Position numbers and translations under genes: made by a program. Of a stretch of 64,000 nt of DNA, positions 13,741 to 28,225 are shown one piece after another. This DNA comes from Octopus vulgaris (lineage: Eukaryota): NCBI GenBank assembly GCA_951406725.2, contig OX597818.1, forward strand, positions 66,774,001 to 66,838,000. The letters run 5' to 3'. Under the pieces are notes generated by a model, which had not been told where the DNA came from, searched no databases, and saw only the letters and a list, made by a program, of their open reading frames with translations. Position 1 is the first letter of the stretch; every line of letters begins with the position of its first letter.

Positions 13741-15867
13741 TATCTGCCCTTTTATTGGCAAAATATATCTAAATTGTATGCTAAAGAATTTCTACATCGC
13801 TGTGCTTACATATTTCCTCATGTTTCGTTCTCCATGCAGGTATAATAATTATTACTTCAGTTAAAGGCCGACATGTCTCATACCTGTAGAATAGATTTCT
13901 TCCATTATATTATCAGTTTGCGATATCTGTTGTTGTAAGCTAATCTCGTGAGCTAAATGATATTACATATTTCATTTGCCATTTATAATTTTATCCGAAA
14001 TAGTGCTATAAATTTGAAACAGGAATCGAGCTAACATTTCATTAGTATATTTACTACAACAACTAACATATCTTTTACGTGATGTTTGAATGAGTTGTTT
14101 TCTATGATTTGCATTATCAAATAAAAAGTTCCCTTCCTAAAAAATGTTATGATTTTTACAAATATTTGACGTCGGCCTGTATGGGACTTCGTAATATGCC
14201 GTATGCAAATTACATATTACGTCCTACAACTAAGAAGGCATTTACCTATTGGAGTTTGAGCAGTCAGCGTCACTTACAACTAATAAACTCTTGGGAACAA
14301 AACAAAGTAATCTCTGAAACTCTGCTTCTTCCTTCGATTGTTTTATTTTATTTTCTTGCATGTTTTTCATTAGCCCTCATCCGCATCTCTTCAACAGTTC
14401 TATACTTGTTTCCTGTCAGGTGAAAAAGAAAAATGCATATAGCATTTTAAGAAATAAATAGGATATCGAAATTCATTTCAAAGTATATATTCCAGGAATT
14501 GCTTCCATACTAACCATTTTAGCAATTGCTACATCTCTTTGCATAATTTTCTGCAATAATAATACTGACTGTCGCATAGAGTTAATTGCTGCAACACATA
14601 AATGCGCTTTTTACATCTATGCATATAACCTTCTCTTGTGTAATCCGCATGTCTATGTATATATCGATATCGATACCTATATCTTAGTATACACACACAC
14701 ACACACACACAGAGGCACACACAGGAACAAAGAGACATACATTGTGAGGTGGATGGATAGATAGATACACACTTAAGTAGATAAAGTCAGAGAGAGAGAG
14801 ACAGATACAAAGAACTACATAGCTAGCAAACTAGATAAACACATGTATTGACTTAGAAATCGTTAACATGTGTTTGACATGTAAACTGTCCATCCAAAGA
14901 AATTATCCAACTGATATCTCATATTTGATCTTTGAGTTAACTACTCTTTAAATTGAAGCGCATTTAAGATATAACTTATTGATTCAGTTTATGGTACCTT
15001 TGAACATCCTTCGGCAAATATAGATATCAAAGATAATACTTCAATAAATTACATTTATCTCTTTATCTAGAATTTTTCCTTTAAGGATTGCTTCCCTATA
15101 TTGGTTGTGTCTAAACTTGTACAATATTTACTTTCCTTTTGTTTTTTTTTTATGTTTGAATTTAGTATAAATTGATGTGGAAAAGTGAAATTATTTGAGA
15201 AAATTATTCTTATCTCAATTTTCTTCTGCGCCGTCTACCTTACGCTCCACTCAGATATAGTGTTTTGTATGACTAAGCGCTCCTACCTTAGACTTTAGTA
15301 AAAAAAAATTCTCGATTATACTATTGTGGTAGTAAAGAATTGTACTTGAGGGTATTTGGAGAATATTTGCAATTCCATTATTTTATACTGTACTGAAAAC
15401 CACTTTGCGATCACAAGTTACCAAGATTCAACACTAAACATTCCATGCGTACTAAAATGACTGCAGTAAATATCAGGAACCCTGTTCCTTATTTTGTACT
15501 TCACAGAAATCCATAAGTGAGAGGTCAATAAAATCCCCTACAATTCTCCTTTGCTTAAATTATTACAAAATCTCAATTCTACTGTTTCATAGCATAATGA
15601 TTTTCATATATATAAATATACATAAGTACATGTGCTGATACGAACACACACACACACACACACTTACATTAACGGACACCCAGATAGAGCTACTTAGACA
15701 CATGTCGGCTGGGATTTAATTTTTCCCTAACGAGTTATTCAATTAAGGTGAGTATACTTTCAAGGAAGTTGTAGCATTAAAAACATTAAAAATATCATAT
15801 ACTTATAGATTTGGCTCTAGTCTTTTGATTTACTCCATCGATATATGTCCCTTCTCAGTCGAAATCT

Positions 15868-15936
<69 letters not shown>

Positions 15937-16030
15937 GTATGTATAAGGGTGAAAAGGAACACACGAGTTGATATATATGATAAAACAAGTCAATATAGAG
16001 AATGCTAAAATAATTTTATAAAGAACATTT

Positions 16031-16068
16031 CAGTACCGGATACGGTCATTTTGAGACCTTTCCAACTG
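16031..16068 (-). ncRNA. Degenerate minimal hammerhead-like motif (U3-A8 type) in the PLE pLTR
   Basis: CAG UUGGAAA GGUC-UCAAAAU-GACC GUAU CCGG UA CUG. Stems I and II and the palindromic stem III are intact; the core is mutated. Confidence 0.45.
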
Positions 16069-16229
16069 TAACGATTAAATAATTAAATTTAGAAACATTA
16101 AAATAATAGTTTTTTTAAAGAAATATTTGTATAGTGTTTAAGTATAAGTGGCATTTTCCTTGTTTCTGCCTTTCTCTGTCTCTCTTGTTTACACTTGTGG
16201 GTTCGAGGTCGTTGTGAATTCTTGGTAGG

Positions 16230-16301
16230 AGAAGAAGAGAAGAAGAAGAAGAAGAAGAAGAAGAAGAAGAAGAAGAAGAAGAAGAAGAAGAAGAAAAAGA
16301 A

Positions 16302-16351
<50 letters not shown>

Positions 16352-16545
16352 CGATGTTGATGATGATGATGATGAAGAAGGAGAAGAGGAAGAAGAAGAA
16401 GAAGAAGAAGAAGATGATGATGATGATGATGATGAAGAAGGAGAAGAAGAAGAAAAAGATGATGATGATGATGGTGATGATGACGACGATGATGATGATG
16501 ATAATAATGATGATGAAGAAGAGGAAGGAGAAGAAAAAGAAGGGA
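16230..16545. repeat. Compound (GAA)n/(GAT)n microsatellite inside the PLE 3' UTR
   Basis: Directly visible; source of the poly-K, poly-M and poly-H ORFs. Confidence 0.95.
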
Positions 16546-17017
16546 GAGTATGAATGAGTGGAAGTAGTGAGGTGTTGTATGACTTGAAGTTGGCACGTTA
16601 TTTGTTGTAGCTGTGATTGGCGCTGATTTGTAATGGATTCTTTGGAATGTAATATTTGCGTGTGTATTTGTGTTATTCTAAAGCCGAGGTGTACATATCG
16701 TTTGGCGAAGACCCGTTCAGAAGTGGCCTGTATTTTGTAATAAAGAGAGTTTGTTTACTTATTCGTTGGCTCGAGGTTGTATCGTCCCTGATAGAGGAGG
16801 AAAATGCTGAATCTTGGTGTTTTGTTGTTGGCGCAAGTGTCTATGTGTTGGCTGAATGCTATTTTTCTGCTTTGGGGAATTTTTATCTGGGATCTGTGCA
16901 GGGCCATTCTTTTACGCAAACTATTTTTTGTTTAGCCTATATACAGCTCTTGACACCCAGAGCAGGTTAGTGCGTATATCAGGTTCTCCGAAGCACATGT
17001 GAAGTTGCTGTTCACTG

Positions 17018-17172
<155 letters not shown>

Positions 17173-17332
17173 GTAACATCGAAAAAAACCTAAGGGATGA
17201 GATCCCAGGTTCGAAAATTCCCTTATTAGAGGGGTAGTCATGATGGGTATACTGGGTTTCGTATATTTCACCCCAGTGTCACTTTGATGGCATGCACTAC
17301 TCTCTCACTCAATAATAATAATAATAATAATA

Positions 17333-17510
17333 ACATCGAAATATACCTTAGGAATTATAAACTAGGTACGAAATTTCTCCAAGGCACCTGATGGAGGCTG
17401 GAGGGTATATCAATCGAAACGTTGTTTTAACAAGAAATAAGATGTGGATAAATATCCGCCAAATGTAAATAATGTAAATAAAATACTTATTACTTAAATA
17501 TAGAACTGAA
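17333..17510 (+). mobile_element. Short non-coding hammerhead-bearing repeat (family H), next to (AAT)n
   Basis: Homologous to 30076(-), 32324(-), 32562(+) and the partial copy at 17175-17222. Contains GGCAC CTGATGG A GGCTG..CAATC GAAA CG TT GTTTT at 17383-17428. Confidence 0.75.
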
Positions 17511-18426
17511 CATGAATATTTGCCCAATAAATCATGCAAAGTTACATTATATATATACATCTGTTTCTATACACTTTTATTCTGTCTTCAATGTATGTCA
17601 GAAGTTTAACAACACGTTAATAAGGCAAGAAATAAAAGTGCACTTGCATTGAGATTAACATGGTATTACAGAACGGATTTCGTTTACATCTGCATTGATG
17701 TAAATCTAAAATTACCATTTTAAAATCAATTTCAATTGGTATAAAAATAATAACATGGAAGACGAGATAGGAATTACTATTAAAAGTACTGGAGCTTTTT
17801 GTGAATACATTCTTCTAGCACCTGACACTGCTATCCTTCCTTGTTCACCATTTTTCTGTTTCAGTATCCTGTTTACAAAACATTTTTCATTTGAAATCTT
17901 TCTTCTGGCTATGTTGTTTTCTGAAGACTCCGATTATTCTTTGTTTTTCTGTCAATAGTACTTTATAAGTTTTCAATTTATTGTGAAAACACGTAAACAA
18001 ATATATTTTTTAGTTTATTCAGTTCGTAATTTCTTCTGTTCAATATGTTGACTTTGAACAAAATTTGGCATGTTTAACTTTACAGTTTTTATAAGATTAC
18101 ATTGAAAGTTATGACAGAAAAAATATTGCAGTCTCATCTTAATATTTTATATCTTGCAATGTATTATGAGTTAAAAGTGAAGTTACGTATATTTTTTCCT
18201 CTTATGTTATTATATCGTGATTTAGTTCGTTGCGTATCATATTATCCATTGAAGTGTGATGTCATTATTCGTATATAATACAAAATATACGTCAAAGTCG
18301 GATTTCATTTCAGGAAGTAATCCACTGAAGAAAATACATTTATTGGAGTTAACCAAGAAATGCTAAACAAAAATATTATAGGGACCGATATCTTATCTGT
18401 TTTTATGTAAAGAGCATTTGATTTTT

Positions 18427-18440
18427 TATTATTATTATTA

Positions 18441-18519
<79 letters not shown>
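18427..18519. repeat. (ATT)n tract at the 3' end of the Dong-like LINE
   Basis: Directly visible. Confidence 0.97.
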
Positions 18520-20399
18520 CTTCTTTCAATTTTGCTTCCATTTCTTGCCGAGTGTCTTCCCGAATCCTAGGGCAAAGAAACTCATAGTATACAGTTGTAG
18601 GCCATTAAACTAAACTTACTAGTTCGCTCATTTTTTTTTAAAGTTAAATTAAAATACATGGGTAGTAATAGTTCTCACATCGACAATGCTCTTCTCAATA
18701 CGTGTGATGTACCAGTTAAGACAATCTTTTGCACTTCTTGGAGGGATGGTAAGCCAGTGATCATTCTCATATAATTTTCGGTTCCATTCTTGATCATTCC
18801 TAGTGCTCCTACGATCCCTGGTATTGTAACCGCCTTGAGATGCCACATTTTCTCAATTTCAATTAGTAGGTCTTTATATTTTCTGAGCTTGTCAAACACT
18901 TTCGCTGAGATATTATGATATGTCGATCAATAAGCAAACTTTATTGTTTTGGTCTTTCACAACAATATCTGGTTTATTGGCTTTGATGGTTCGGTCTGTA
19001 TGTACTGAAAAGTCCCACAGAATCGTTACATTTTCTCCTTCAGTTACAGCTTCAGGGTGGTGATTATACCACTTGTCGGCAGTTTTGATATTGTAACGCC
19101 GACTTATTAGCCAGCGTAGATATTGGCCAACTCTGTCATGTCTTACTTTCTACTCCACTTTACATCCAGAGATTAGGTGGTCCACTGTTTCAATCATGTC
19201 GTTGCAGAATCGGCATTTTGGGTCTGCTCCATTTTTCATCACATTGGCCTGGTAGTTCCGGGTTAATAGGCTTTGATCTTAAGCAGCCAGGATGACACCT
19301 TCGCTCTCTGCTTTTAGCTCTGAGCTCCGTAGCCACTGATGGGTTTGCTTCTGGTCAACATCAGCTTGTTTGCTGGGGGCCACATATTTGCCGTGCAGAG
19401 GGAGAAACCTCTGCACGGCAAATATTTAGTTCAGATTTCCGGACTGCACGGACTCTCCTATAACATTCCTTCCTGAGCTTTTCTTTCATGCTTGCATGCT
19501 GAATACCAGAGCCTTCATTTATCCCTAAATATTTGTAAGTTTGTTCTTGCTCAAGCACTCTTATGACTGTGTCAACATCTAACACGAATGAATTTGTGGT
19601 CTTCACTTTCCCTTTCTGGAAAGTGGCCTTGGCACACTTCTCAAGCCCAAACTCCATCCCGATGTCATCGCTGAATGCTTTCAAAGTGCGCAATAGGCCT
19701 TCAAGTTCATTATCGTCTTTACCATAGAGTTTTAAGTCATCCTTATAAAATAGATGGCTTATTTTTTTATTGGCAATTTTATACCCATACCCTGTTCTGT
19801 TTAATTCACTTGTAAGCGGTATTAGGGCTATGCAGAATTTTAAAGGTGAAAGTGAGTCACCTTGAAAAATTCCACTGTTGATGTTTATATTTTCTGAGGC
19901 AAGTACTCCATTAGAGTGGTATAATTGGAGATTCGTATTCCACAACGACATATTGTGCTTCAGGAAGCTTGAAATCAAAGGGGAAATTTTGAAGATGTCC
20001 AGCGATCTGAAGATACATGGATGCGGTATACTGTCAAGGCCTTTTTATAGTGAATCCATGCGGAGCTGAGATTTCTGCGCTTGTTGTGACAGTTCTCAAG
20101 GATCATACGATTAATTAGCAGTTGATCTTTGCATCCGTATGAGCCCCGGCGGCACCCTTTTTGTTCAATGAGGAAAATATCGTTCTTCTCCATGAATGCA
20201 TATGTTTTCTCCGCCAGGATAGATGTTAGGATTTTATACGTGATGGATAGACAGGTTATAGGCCGATAGTTTTTTGGAAGGTTGGTTTCGTTACTCTTTG
20301 GGAGTAGGTAAGTAATACCACTTGCTAACCATTCAGGTGTTTTCTTTGGTTCTCTCATAATTCCATTGAGCAGCTGAACTAGCTTGCCGTGTGCGCATC

Positions 20400-20400
<1 letters not shown>
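18520..20400 (-). mobile_element. R4/Dong-clade non-LTR retrotransposon, 5'-truncated, disrupted RT plus RLE endonuclease
   Basis: ORFs carry NYRPITCL, EQKGC, GIFQGDSLSPL, HLFYKDDLKLY and YKYLG. Downstream are CRFC..ETVDHLISGC, PDIVV and KYKDLLIEIEKMW..VGALG. Frameshifts and stops present; (TAA)n on both sides. Confidence 0.92.
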
Positions 20401-20495
<95 letters not shown>

Positions 20496-20503
20496 CATTA
20501 TTA

Positions 20504-20540
<37 letters not shown>
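20401..20540. repeat. (ATT)n microsatellite between the two LINEs
   Basis: Directly visible. Confidence 0.97.
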
Positions 20541-20541
20541 C

Positions 20542-21402
<861 letters not shown>

Positions 21403-21479
21403 CATATTCTAAAAAAGGACTGACGTAACTCTTCACAAATATAAACAGTCAAGTCGAAGAGCGCGATTCGATTGTAAGA

Positions 21480-22652
21480 TATTTTATTAGTTGAACGATA
21501 TTTCAACAATACGTCTGTTTTTAAGTTTAAAATAAGAAGTCATAAAATATCAAAATTACAGGAATTTAAACATAAAGTATGAACGAGAGCCACCAGCGTC
21601 CACACATTGATGGAATGACATCATCAGTTTTAAGCTACAATTATATAACAGGGGGGAAAGAAAAAGACAGAAGACAAAACAGAAAAAAGAAGACCACAGG
21701 AAAAAGGAAGGAAAAAGAGAGAAAGAAGAATATTTAATCAAATAGTTTTGTATAAATTTAATGATATTCTCTGTTAATCTTATTCATTCCTCCAGGGCGT
21801 GATGTTAATAACCTGCAAACATATTTCTCCTCATACATTCTGAGAAGTGAAAGTGAAGTAGATTCAGAATATTTTCTGAGAATATGCACTTTCAAGTCTT
21901 CTTCAAAACTGCAGCCCTTTGAAACGAAATGTTCAGCAAGTTCTGTCGAACTACTGTTATTGTGCCTGACGTCGAATCTGTACCCATTAAACCTTTTGTT
22001 TAATTTTTCTGTTGTGCAACCAACATAAATTGTGTTTCGTACATTCTGCAGCGTACACCAAATGGAAAACTTTATATGTTCCACCTTCTGTATAAATCAT
22101 AGCATTTCTGCCATGATTTCTGATGGAATTCACTTCACTCATGTTGTTTCACAATGAACAGTGCTTACCTCTCTTGTGGCTGTCCTTTAAGGTACAGCGT
22201 GCAGATACTCCAATATTCATTTTCGTGGAGTCTGATATAGAGGTCAATAATTCTCTTATATTCTTATTCCGTCTAAAGCCTACAATAGGCGGATGAGGAA
22301 ATATCTGTTTGAAGCTGGTAACTTTCATGCAACACTTTTGAAATGCCAGCGAAATGTCGGTGCCAATTAATCACTAGAGGAATTCTGCCATCTGTTATAT
22401 TGTGTTTGCTAAAATTATGCGTATAGGTTTAACTATCTTTGTTAATCTTAGCTATTTCATTTGCTGTTTCCTTTACTCGTGATTCACTGTAATTTAAACG
22501 TGAAGTAAGAACGAGAGCAACTAGCGTCCACACGTTGATGGAATGACGTCACCAGTTTTTAAGTTACAATTTTAGAACAAGCGAAATGAAAAAAACCCAG
22601 AAAAAACCAAAAAAGATGACAGAAAAAAGGAAAGAAAAAGAGGAAGAAGATA
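21480..22652 (-). mobile_element. Penelope-like element remnant (linker plus GIY-YIG) between pLTR-like direct repeats
   Basis: ORF 21758-22084 (YVGCTTEKLNKRFNGYR..LAEHF..PGGMN) and upstream QIFPHPPIVGFRRNKNIRELL linker. Direct repeats at about 21569-21732 and 22496-22652. Confidence 0.85.
21494..21527 (-). ncRNA. Degenerate minimal hammerhead-like motif (U3-A8 type)
   Basis: AAC UUAAAAA CAGACG-UA-UUGUU GAAA UA UC GUU. Stem I AAC/GUU, palindromic AUAU stem III, G5 mutated. Lies 3' of the GIY-YIG, as expected for a pLTR. Confidence 0.4.
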
Positions 22653-22662
22653 TACGAGTAAA

Positions 22663-22992
22663 GAATTTGCTAAAATACCTCCTGATCTGTGTCTGAAGTT
22701 AATTGAAAACTACCCGCGCAGAATAAATGATGTCATTAAACACAAAGAATGAAATATCGATTGTTAATCATCGAATGTTATAGATGTGCCAATAATTCTG
22801 CACCACCCAACTATTTTGGTTTTTCTGGTTTTGCTCATTAAAAAAATATATATATTGGGAATTTAAATTTGGTTTTGGGCTCCATAAACTATTGTGCCAA
22901 CATTAAGCAAATATTGATGCTGACACTGACTGGAGCCAGATATGTAATAAAACCCCATGTTTTGAGAATGGGTGTTAATAATTGTGAGCAGG
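22663..22992 (+). mobile_element. Tc1-family transposon 3' end (transposase C-terminus plus IR/DR-like terminal repeat)
   Basis: EFAKIPPDLCLKLIENYPRRINDVIKHKE matches the Tc1 C-terminal EW.KIP...C.KL...Y.RR...VI..KG motif. GTG(CC/TT)AATAATT(C/G)TG occurs twice (about 22786 and 22972). Confidence 0.75.
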
Positions 22993-23609
22993 AAGAAACA
23001 TAAGGACAGTGTTTAAAAGAGTCAGGAAGATTTCACTATGGCAGAAGAATTCAAATCCGAATGCTTGAAGACATAATATTTTGTACGAAAAACTGAGTCA
23101 GATTGTCTTAAATGGATGCCTATTATCCGAAGATTTCTGTAAATGCTAAGTAAAGATCAGTATAAATGCATGTAAGTAGATGAGGTTGTCACACCTGACA
23201 AAACAAATTCTGAATTTCATTCCGAAATACACGTCTTTTAAAACGACATAGTCTTCAGGTCGTACTGGATGAAGAGAAACCTAACAGCTTATATGCATTC
23301 AAAGTATGTACAAATTTAAATAGGCTAACACGTGGTAAATGTAGAGTATAATACGCTATTTGAAAATTAAAGAGTTACCGTGAACTATATTCATGATGAA
23401 AATCTTTACCGCGACTCGTCAAGATATTGTAGTGTCCTCAAAACAAAATATGATTGTTGAAAGAAAACAAAATATTATCTTGATATACGAAAGAAATCTA
23501 ATTTTCCACTCAAAAGAAAGCAGAATTTCTTGTTTTTCGAAAATATCAATTTGGGGATTGCCATAAATATAAATAGGAGCTACTAGTCCTTAAAAATACT
23601 AAATATGAT

Positions 23610-24060
<451 letters not shown>

Positions 24061-24173
24061 TATTAAAATGGGGAAGGCCGGTTTATGGAATTAACTTCGG
24101 TTTCCCGTTTATAAATGGTTTAGATTTATGTCGTATCGTCAAAGCCCCAAAACTTCCTGGTTCATGACTTCTT

Positions 24174-24222
<49 letters not shown>

Positions 24223-25334
24223 GTCTGTGTGTGTGTATGTAATTACTCCTTGATTCTTGATAGTGTGTAGTATTGAATTCGCTCGAATTATACGTTGTAT
24301 TTTTTCATTTGAGTGATATTCATGATTCATACATGAAAATACATCCCCCAATCATCAATGGAGAAAGAACGTTTCTCTGCGCTCATTTCCTTTTAAACAT
24401 TTTACAAAATATCTGAATATACAAATCCACAAACAGATATCTTCTGTTATTGTTGTTTCATGTTTGTTCACACGAGCATCTTCTAACGTTACTCATCTGT
24501 TCTCCAAACCATGCCATAGGCGTATCATATTCTTGATAAAAATTTCGCATATTTCAGCTCACATAACCTCATATTTTATAACTGTATGAAAGATACGCTG
24601 CAAACGGTTCATATAACTGAGTGTGCAGAATATTGAACAATGTGAATAAGGAATGCATTAAGATGCTGCAAATATATATTCATTTCACTTCCTTGTTGGA
24701 ATAGAAAAACGTTGATTTAAACGAGATTGCCTTCAAAGAATGGAACGTATTGCTATGTAGGTGTGTGAAATGGTGTGATATTAGAAATATATGCCTGCTG
24801 CTTTGCATAAAACAGAATGCAGAGAGAAAACCGCATCTTCTCGAAAATTTGCATTAATATCGTACATTGAACTTGCAATGATGAACATGTGCCTATGCAT
24901 GGCTCTACCCAAACCACTCATCTGTATCAGTTAATGAGATGTATGTACAGATGCTTTTGTTAAAGCTCCTTAGCATTGCTGATCAGTAGCATGATAGAAT
25001 ATCTTAGAGCGGTGTACACTGTGAGCCTGTCGTGTTCTGGATCTATAAATTTGTGTTCAAATGCCATCGAAGTCAACATTTCAATTTCTTCCAACTGAAT
25101 CAATGCATTCAAATAACAAATATTGAGATCGATTAAATCGATTAAAACATTTGCTGAACTTGTGTTTTATCCATAACAATTTTTATTCTTTCTCCTGTTT
25201 CCAATTGTCCGTTTTCTCAAATTGAAAAATACGAATTTCTCACAAGTAAAGTTTCGAATGTGAAATTTTCAAACGAATCAAAGTTAAAAGAAAACTATTG
25301 CAGTCGTATGAATAAATAGAGTAACGGTAAAGTT

Positions 25335-25650
25335 CGCCTTCGGTCATGAATGACCATATAATTACATGTCGAAAGTTACCATCCAAAGCACAATTCTGGG
25401 AAAGGTTGTTTGTGGAAGACCAGCATTCGCCCATGCATAACAAATTTGCTTTACATGCCATCAATGATATCCAAGTGAGAGCCCGACAAAGATTGGGACC
25501 TCTGACGTCGAAACTCATTTCTATATCTGAGTGAACTGGAGCAACGTGAAAAAGTTTCTTGCTCAAGAGCACAACTCACAGCCATCTCCGGGAATTGAAC
25601 ACACTACTTCATGATCAGGAGCCCTACGCTCTAACGAGGAAGACATGCAC
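25335..25650 (-). mobile_element. tRNA-derived SINE family D
   Basis: Minus strand: GTTAGAGCGTAGGGCTCCTGATC..GTTCAATTCCC, then GTTGTGCTCTTGAGCAAGAAACTT..GTTGCTCCAGTTCACTCAG..AAATGAG (CORE-like central segment). Confidence 0.7.
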
Positions 25651-25688
25651 ATTGAACCTGTATGAATGTATGCATATATACCTCCATG

Positions 25689-25735
<47 letters not shown>

Positions 25736-26276
25736 TCGAGAACGATTGTGCTTATAAACAAATACATATATTTATATATTTATATTTAGTTCTCGCAATT
25801 CTCTATTTCACTCGTTTCCTTGCACATAAATAACATAAATGATGAAAATATATAAAATTTTCAACTTGCTAAAATTCAAAATTAATGTTTTAATATAACG
25901 CAGAACTTTGACCACGAGACGTCTTGCCGAAAACGATAAATTTGCTACATATTAAAATTGTGGTGGTTAAAACTTTCCCACGCAGATATTGAAATGTTTT
26001 CTCTGTTTGAAATGTAGTAATAATTATTTCTGAGGAAACGTAAGAGAAATATCAACTCAAATATTGTGAATTAAAGCATATTTTTCTGAATATATTCTAG
26101 GCGTTTAGTAACATGTTTTGTATTTTCATATTTCTACTTGAAATATCCGTCACTTGTATGATTAATTACAAGGCAGTTTTGTTTCTTAGCAACACGTGCT
26201 AAAATAATATAATCTAGGCTTCCTATATATTAATATGTATGGATACATACGCACACACACATAAATATATATCTAT

Positions 26277-26312
26277 TTGTATACATATATAGATATTTAC
26301 ATATGTGCGCAT

Positions 26313-26378
<66 letters not shown>

Positions 26379-26441
26379 GTATATGTATATATATATATGT
26401 ATATATATATATATGTATATATATATATGTATATATATATG

Positions 26442-26472
<31 letters not shown>

Positions 26473-26501
26473 GTATATATATATATGTATATATGTATAT
26501 A

Positions 26502-26556
<55 letters not shown>

Positions 26557-26635
26557 GTATACATGTATGTATATAAATATATATATATATATTTATATAT
26601 ATGTTTGCATATGTGTAAGTTGTGTGTGTATATAT
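26277..26635. repeat. Imperfect (TA)n/(TATG) microsatellite
   Basis: Directly visible. Confidence 0.95.
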
Positions 26636-26699
26636 GAACTTGCCTCAAGCAGTGTTGAAAACTATACATTTCCGTATGAATTAATGAAAATCATTCTAA

Positions 26700-27243
26700 A
26701 TATCTTACATGGCGTGGATTAACGGCTGAGAGATATGGCCAGTTGAGATTGCCAGTTGACATTGCCGTTGTGGGAGATAATTTTGCCTCCAAAGCACTGC
26801 CGTAGTAACTGCATCGTTACTCTTGCGGTGTGAGCAGTTGCCCCACCTTGCTGGAACCATGTGTGAGGTCTAATTTTGAATGGCCTTCACGCTCCCCATA
26901 CTTGACTAGCCCAGTTTTTTTTCTGGGTAAACCTAACAGAGAGGGTTTACGTAAAAAAAAACGGATAACATCAATAGAGAAATCAGAGAAGTGGGGTTTG
27001 AAAGTCTTGAGGGTTTTATGGTGCACTACTTGGAAAGAGCATGGGCGTGCGACGCCCAAAATAACAGCCATTTAATGCGTTGTTACTTTTCTGTGCGATG
27101 TAGCGGTGTTGGAAAATTTGATTTGTGCATATTAAATTCCATTATGTACTTTATTTAGTATCAATAATATTTTATGCATTAATATATAAATTGAATGAAG
27201 TTATTGAAAATTGAAACACTTCATTTACTTTTGGGACACACTG
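26700..27243 (+). mobile_element. Tc1/mariner-superfamily (maT-like) transposon 3' remnant
   Basis: FEWPSRSPYLTSPVFFLG resembles WP.RSPDL.P.DFFLWG. Ends TTTTGGGACACACTG followed by TA, a CAGGGTGTCCCAAAA-type terminal inverted repeat (TIR). Confidence 0.75.
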
Positions 27244-27329
27244 TATGTATGCATATATTCATGTTTGCAGGATATAATTCTTCCATTGTCGTATTCCTTC
27301 GTAATAAACTTTTTATAAATCATGACACG

Positions 27330-28225
27330 TTAGACGCCGGGCAGACATAGGCAATGACTGTCAACAGACGTGAAGTTAAGATTTAGGGACTGCATTCATT
27401 GTTACAACGTATCGTTGTAACTAAGGACAGGTCTTCTTTTACCACGGTGTCCCTCTATTTGATCGGCATAGAAAAGAATTTTCAGATTGCGGTTACCTCT
27501 CATTCGAACGGATCCAGTGTATTTCGGGTAGTATAAATGTGATATTGGTGACATCACATTTTCCTAACATTTTAAAATTTGCTATCTTACCTGGTCGTTT
27601 TTTGTTCCTGATATTGCACAGACAGCACATGCCAAATTTTTCAACTCTGTTTTCTTGAATTTAGTAAGGAGTCCATGCTTCTGTTCGATACAAAAATGTG
27701 CTCAAGGAGATTTGCATACAACTGTTTATTTTTCAGACTGACACAGTTTTCATCCCACAAACGGTTGAACATTTTTCTAAGAGCTCTTGTAGCGTGAGAC
27801 TTCTAACATTCATTTCAACATCGAGAGTACAGTAATACTTCTACTATCGCGGATGTTACGTTTCAAAGCCCTTCCCCCGCGATAGGTGAAATTCAGCGAG
27901 GTAGAACGAGTATTGTACTGCATATTTTTAAAATTATTTTTATAATTTGTTTAGTTTATTTTATTATAAATGCAAAACAACGCCACGGAGTAATCGACTT
28001 CACCTTAAATAATAAATCGCGATAGGTGAACCGCGATATGGCGAGAGGTTATCGTACGCTTAAAGTTCGCTTTTCTTCCAAGCTATTTATATGACATGAC
28101 CCATTTGAGTGGCTTATTGTCAATCATTACATTTGAATCTTAAGTATGCTGTGTTCCAGATTTTGGCGGGAATAAAGCATCACACATTTTAATGCTGACA
28201 GTCAGTCCAAATGTACGAGCCGTTA
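27330..28225 (-). mobile_element. Old RTE LINE fragment interrupted by a MITE
   Basis: Minus translation pieces ARTFGLTVSIK, ATRALRKMFNRLWDEN, LSTFLYRTEAWTPY and VRMRGNRNLKILFY...RRPVLSYND are colinear with RTE ORF2. Confidence 0.75.
27830..28054. mobile_element. Tigger/pogo-like MITE with TA target duplication
   Basis: TA|CAGTAATACTTCTACTATCGCGG ... CCGCGATATGGCGAGAGGTTATCG|TA imperfect TIRs; internal CGCGATAGGTGAA occurs twice. Confidence 0.75.

Larger units (their letters stand above)
15945..17016 (-). mobile_element. Penelope-like element 3' fragment: GIY-YIG endonuclease pseudogene plus 3' UTR/pseudo-LTR (pLTR)
   Basis: Minus translation from about 17012: NSNFTCASENLIYALTCSGCQELYIG*TKNSLRKRMALHRSQI...FSQHIDTC (LIY/YIG motifs with Cys pairs). 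Not in the ORF track because of the stop. Confidence 0.88.

Noticed and set aside
27586-27594. Perfect minus-strand splice donor CAG|GTAAG suggesting a host exon
   Set aside because: The surrounding sequence translates as decayed RTE ORF2 straight through the site.
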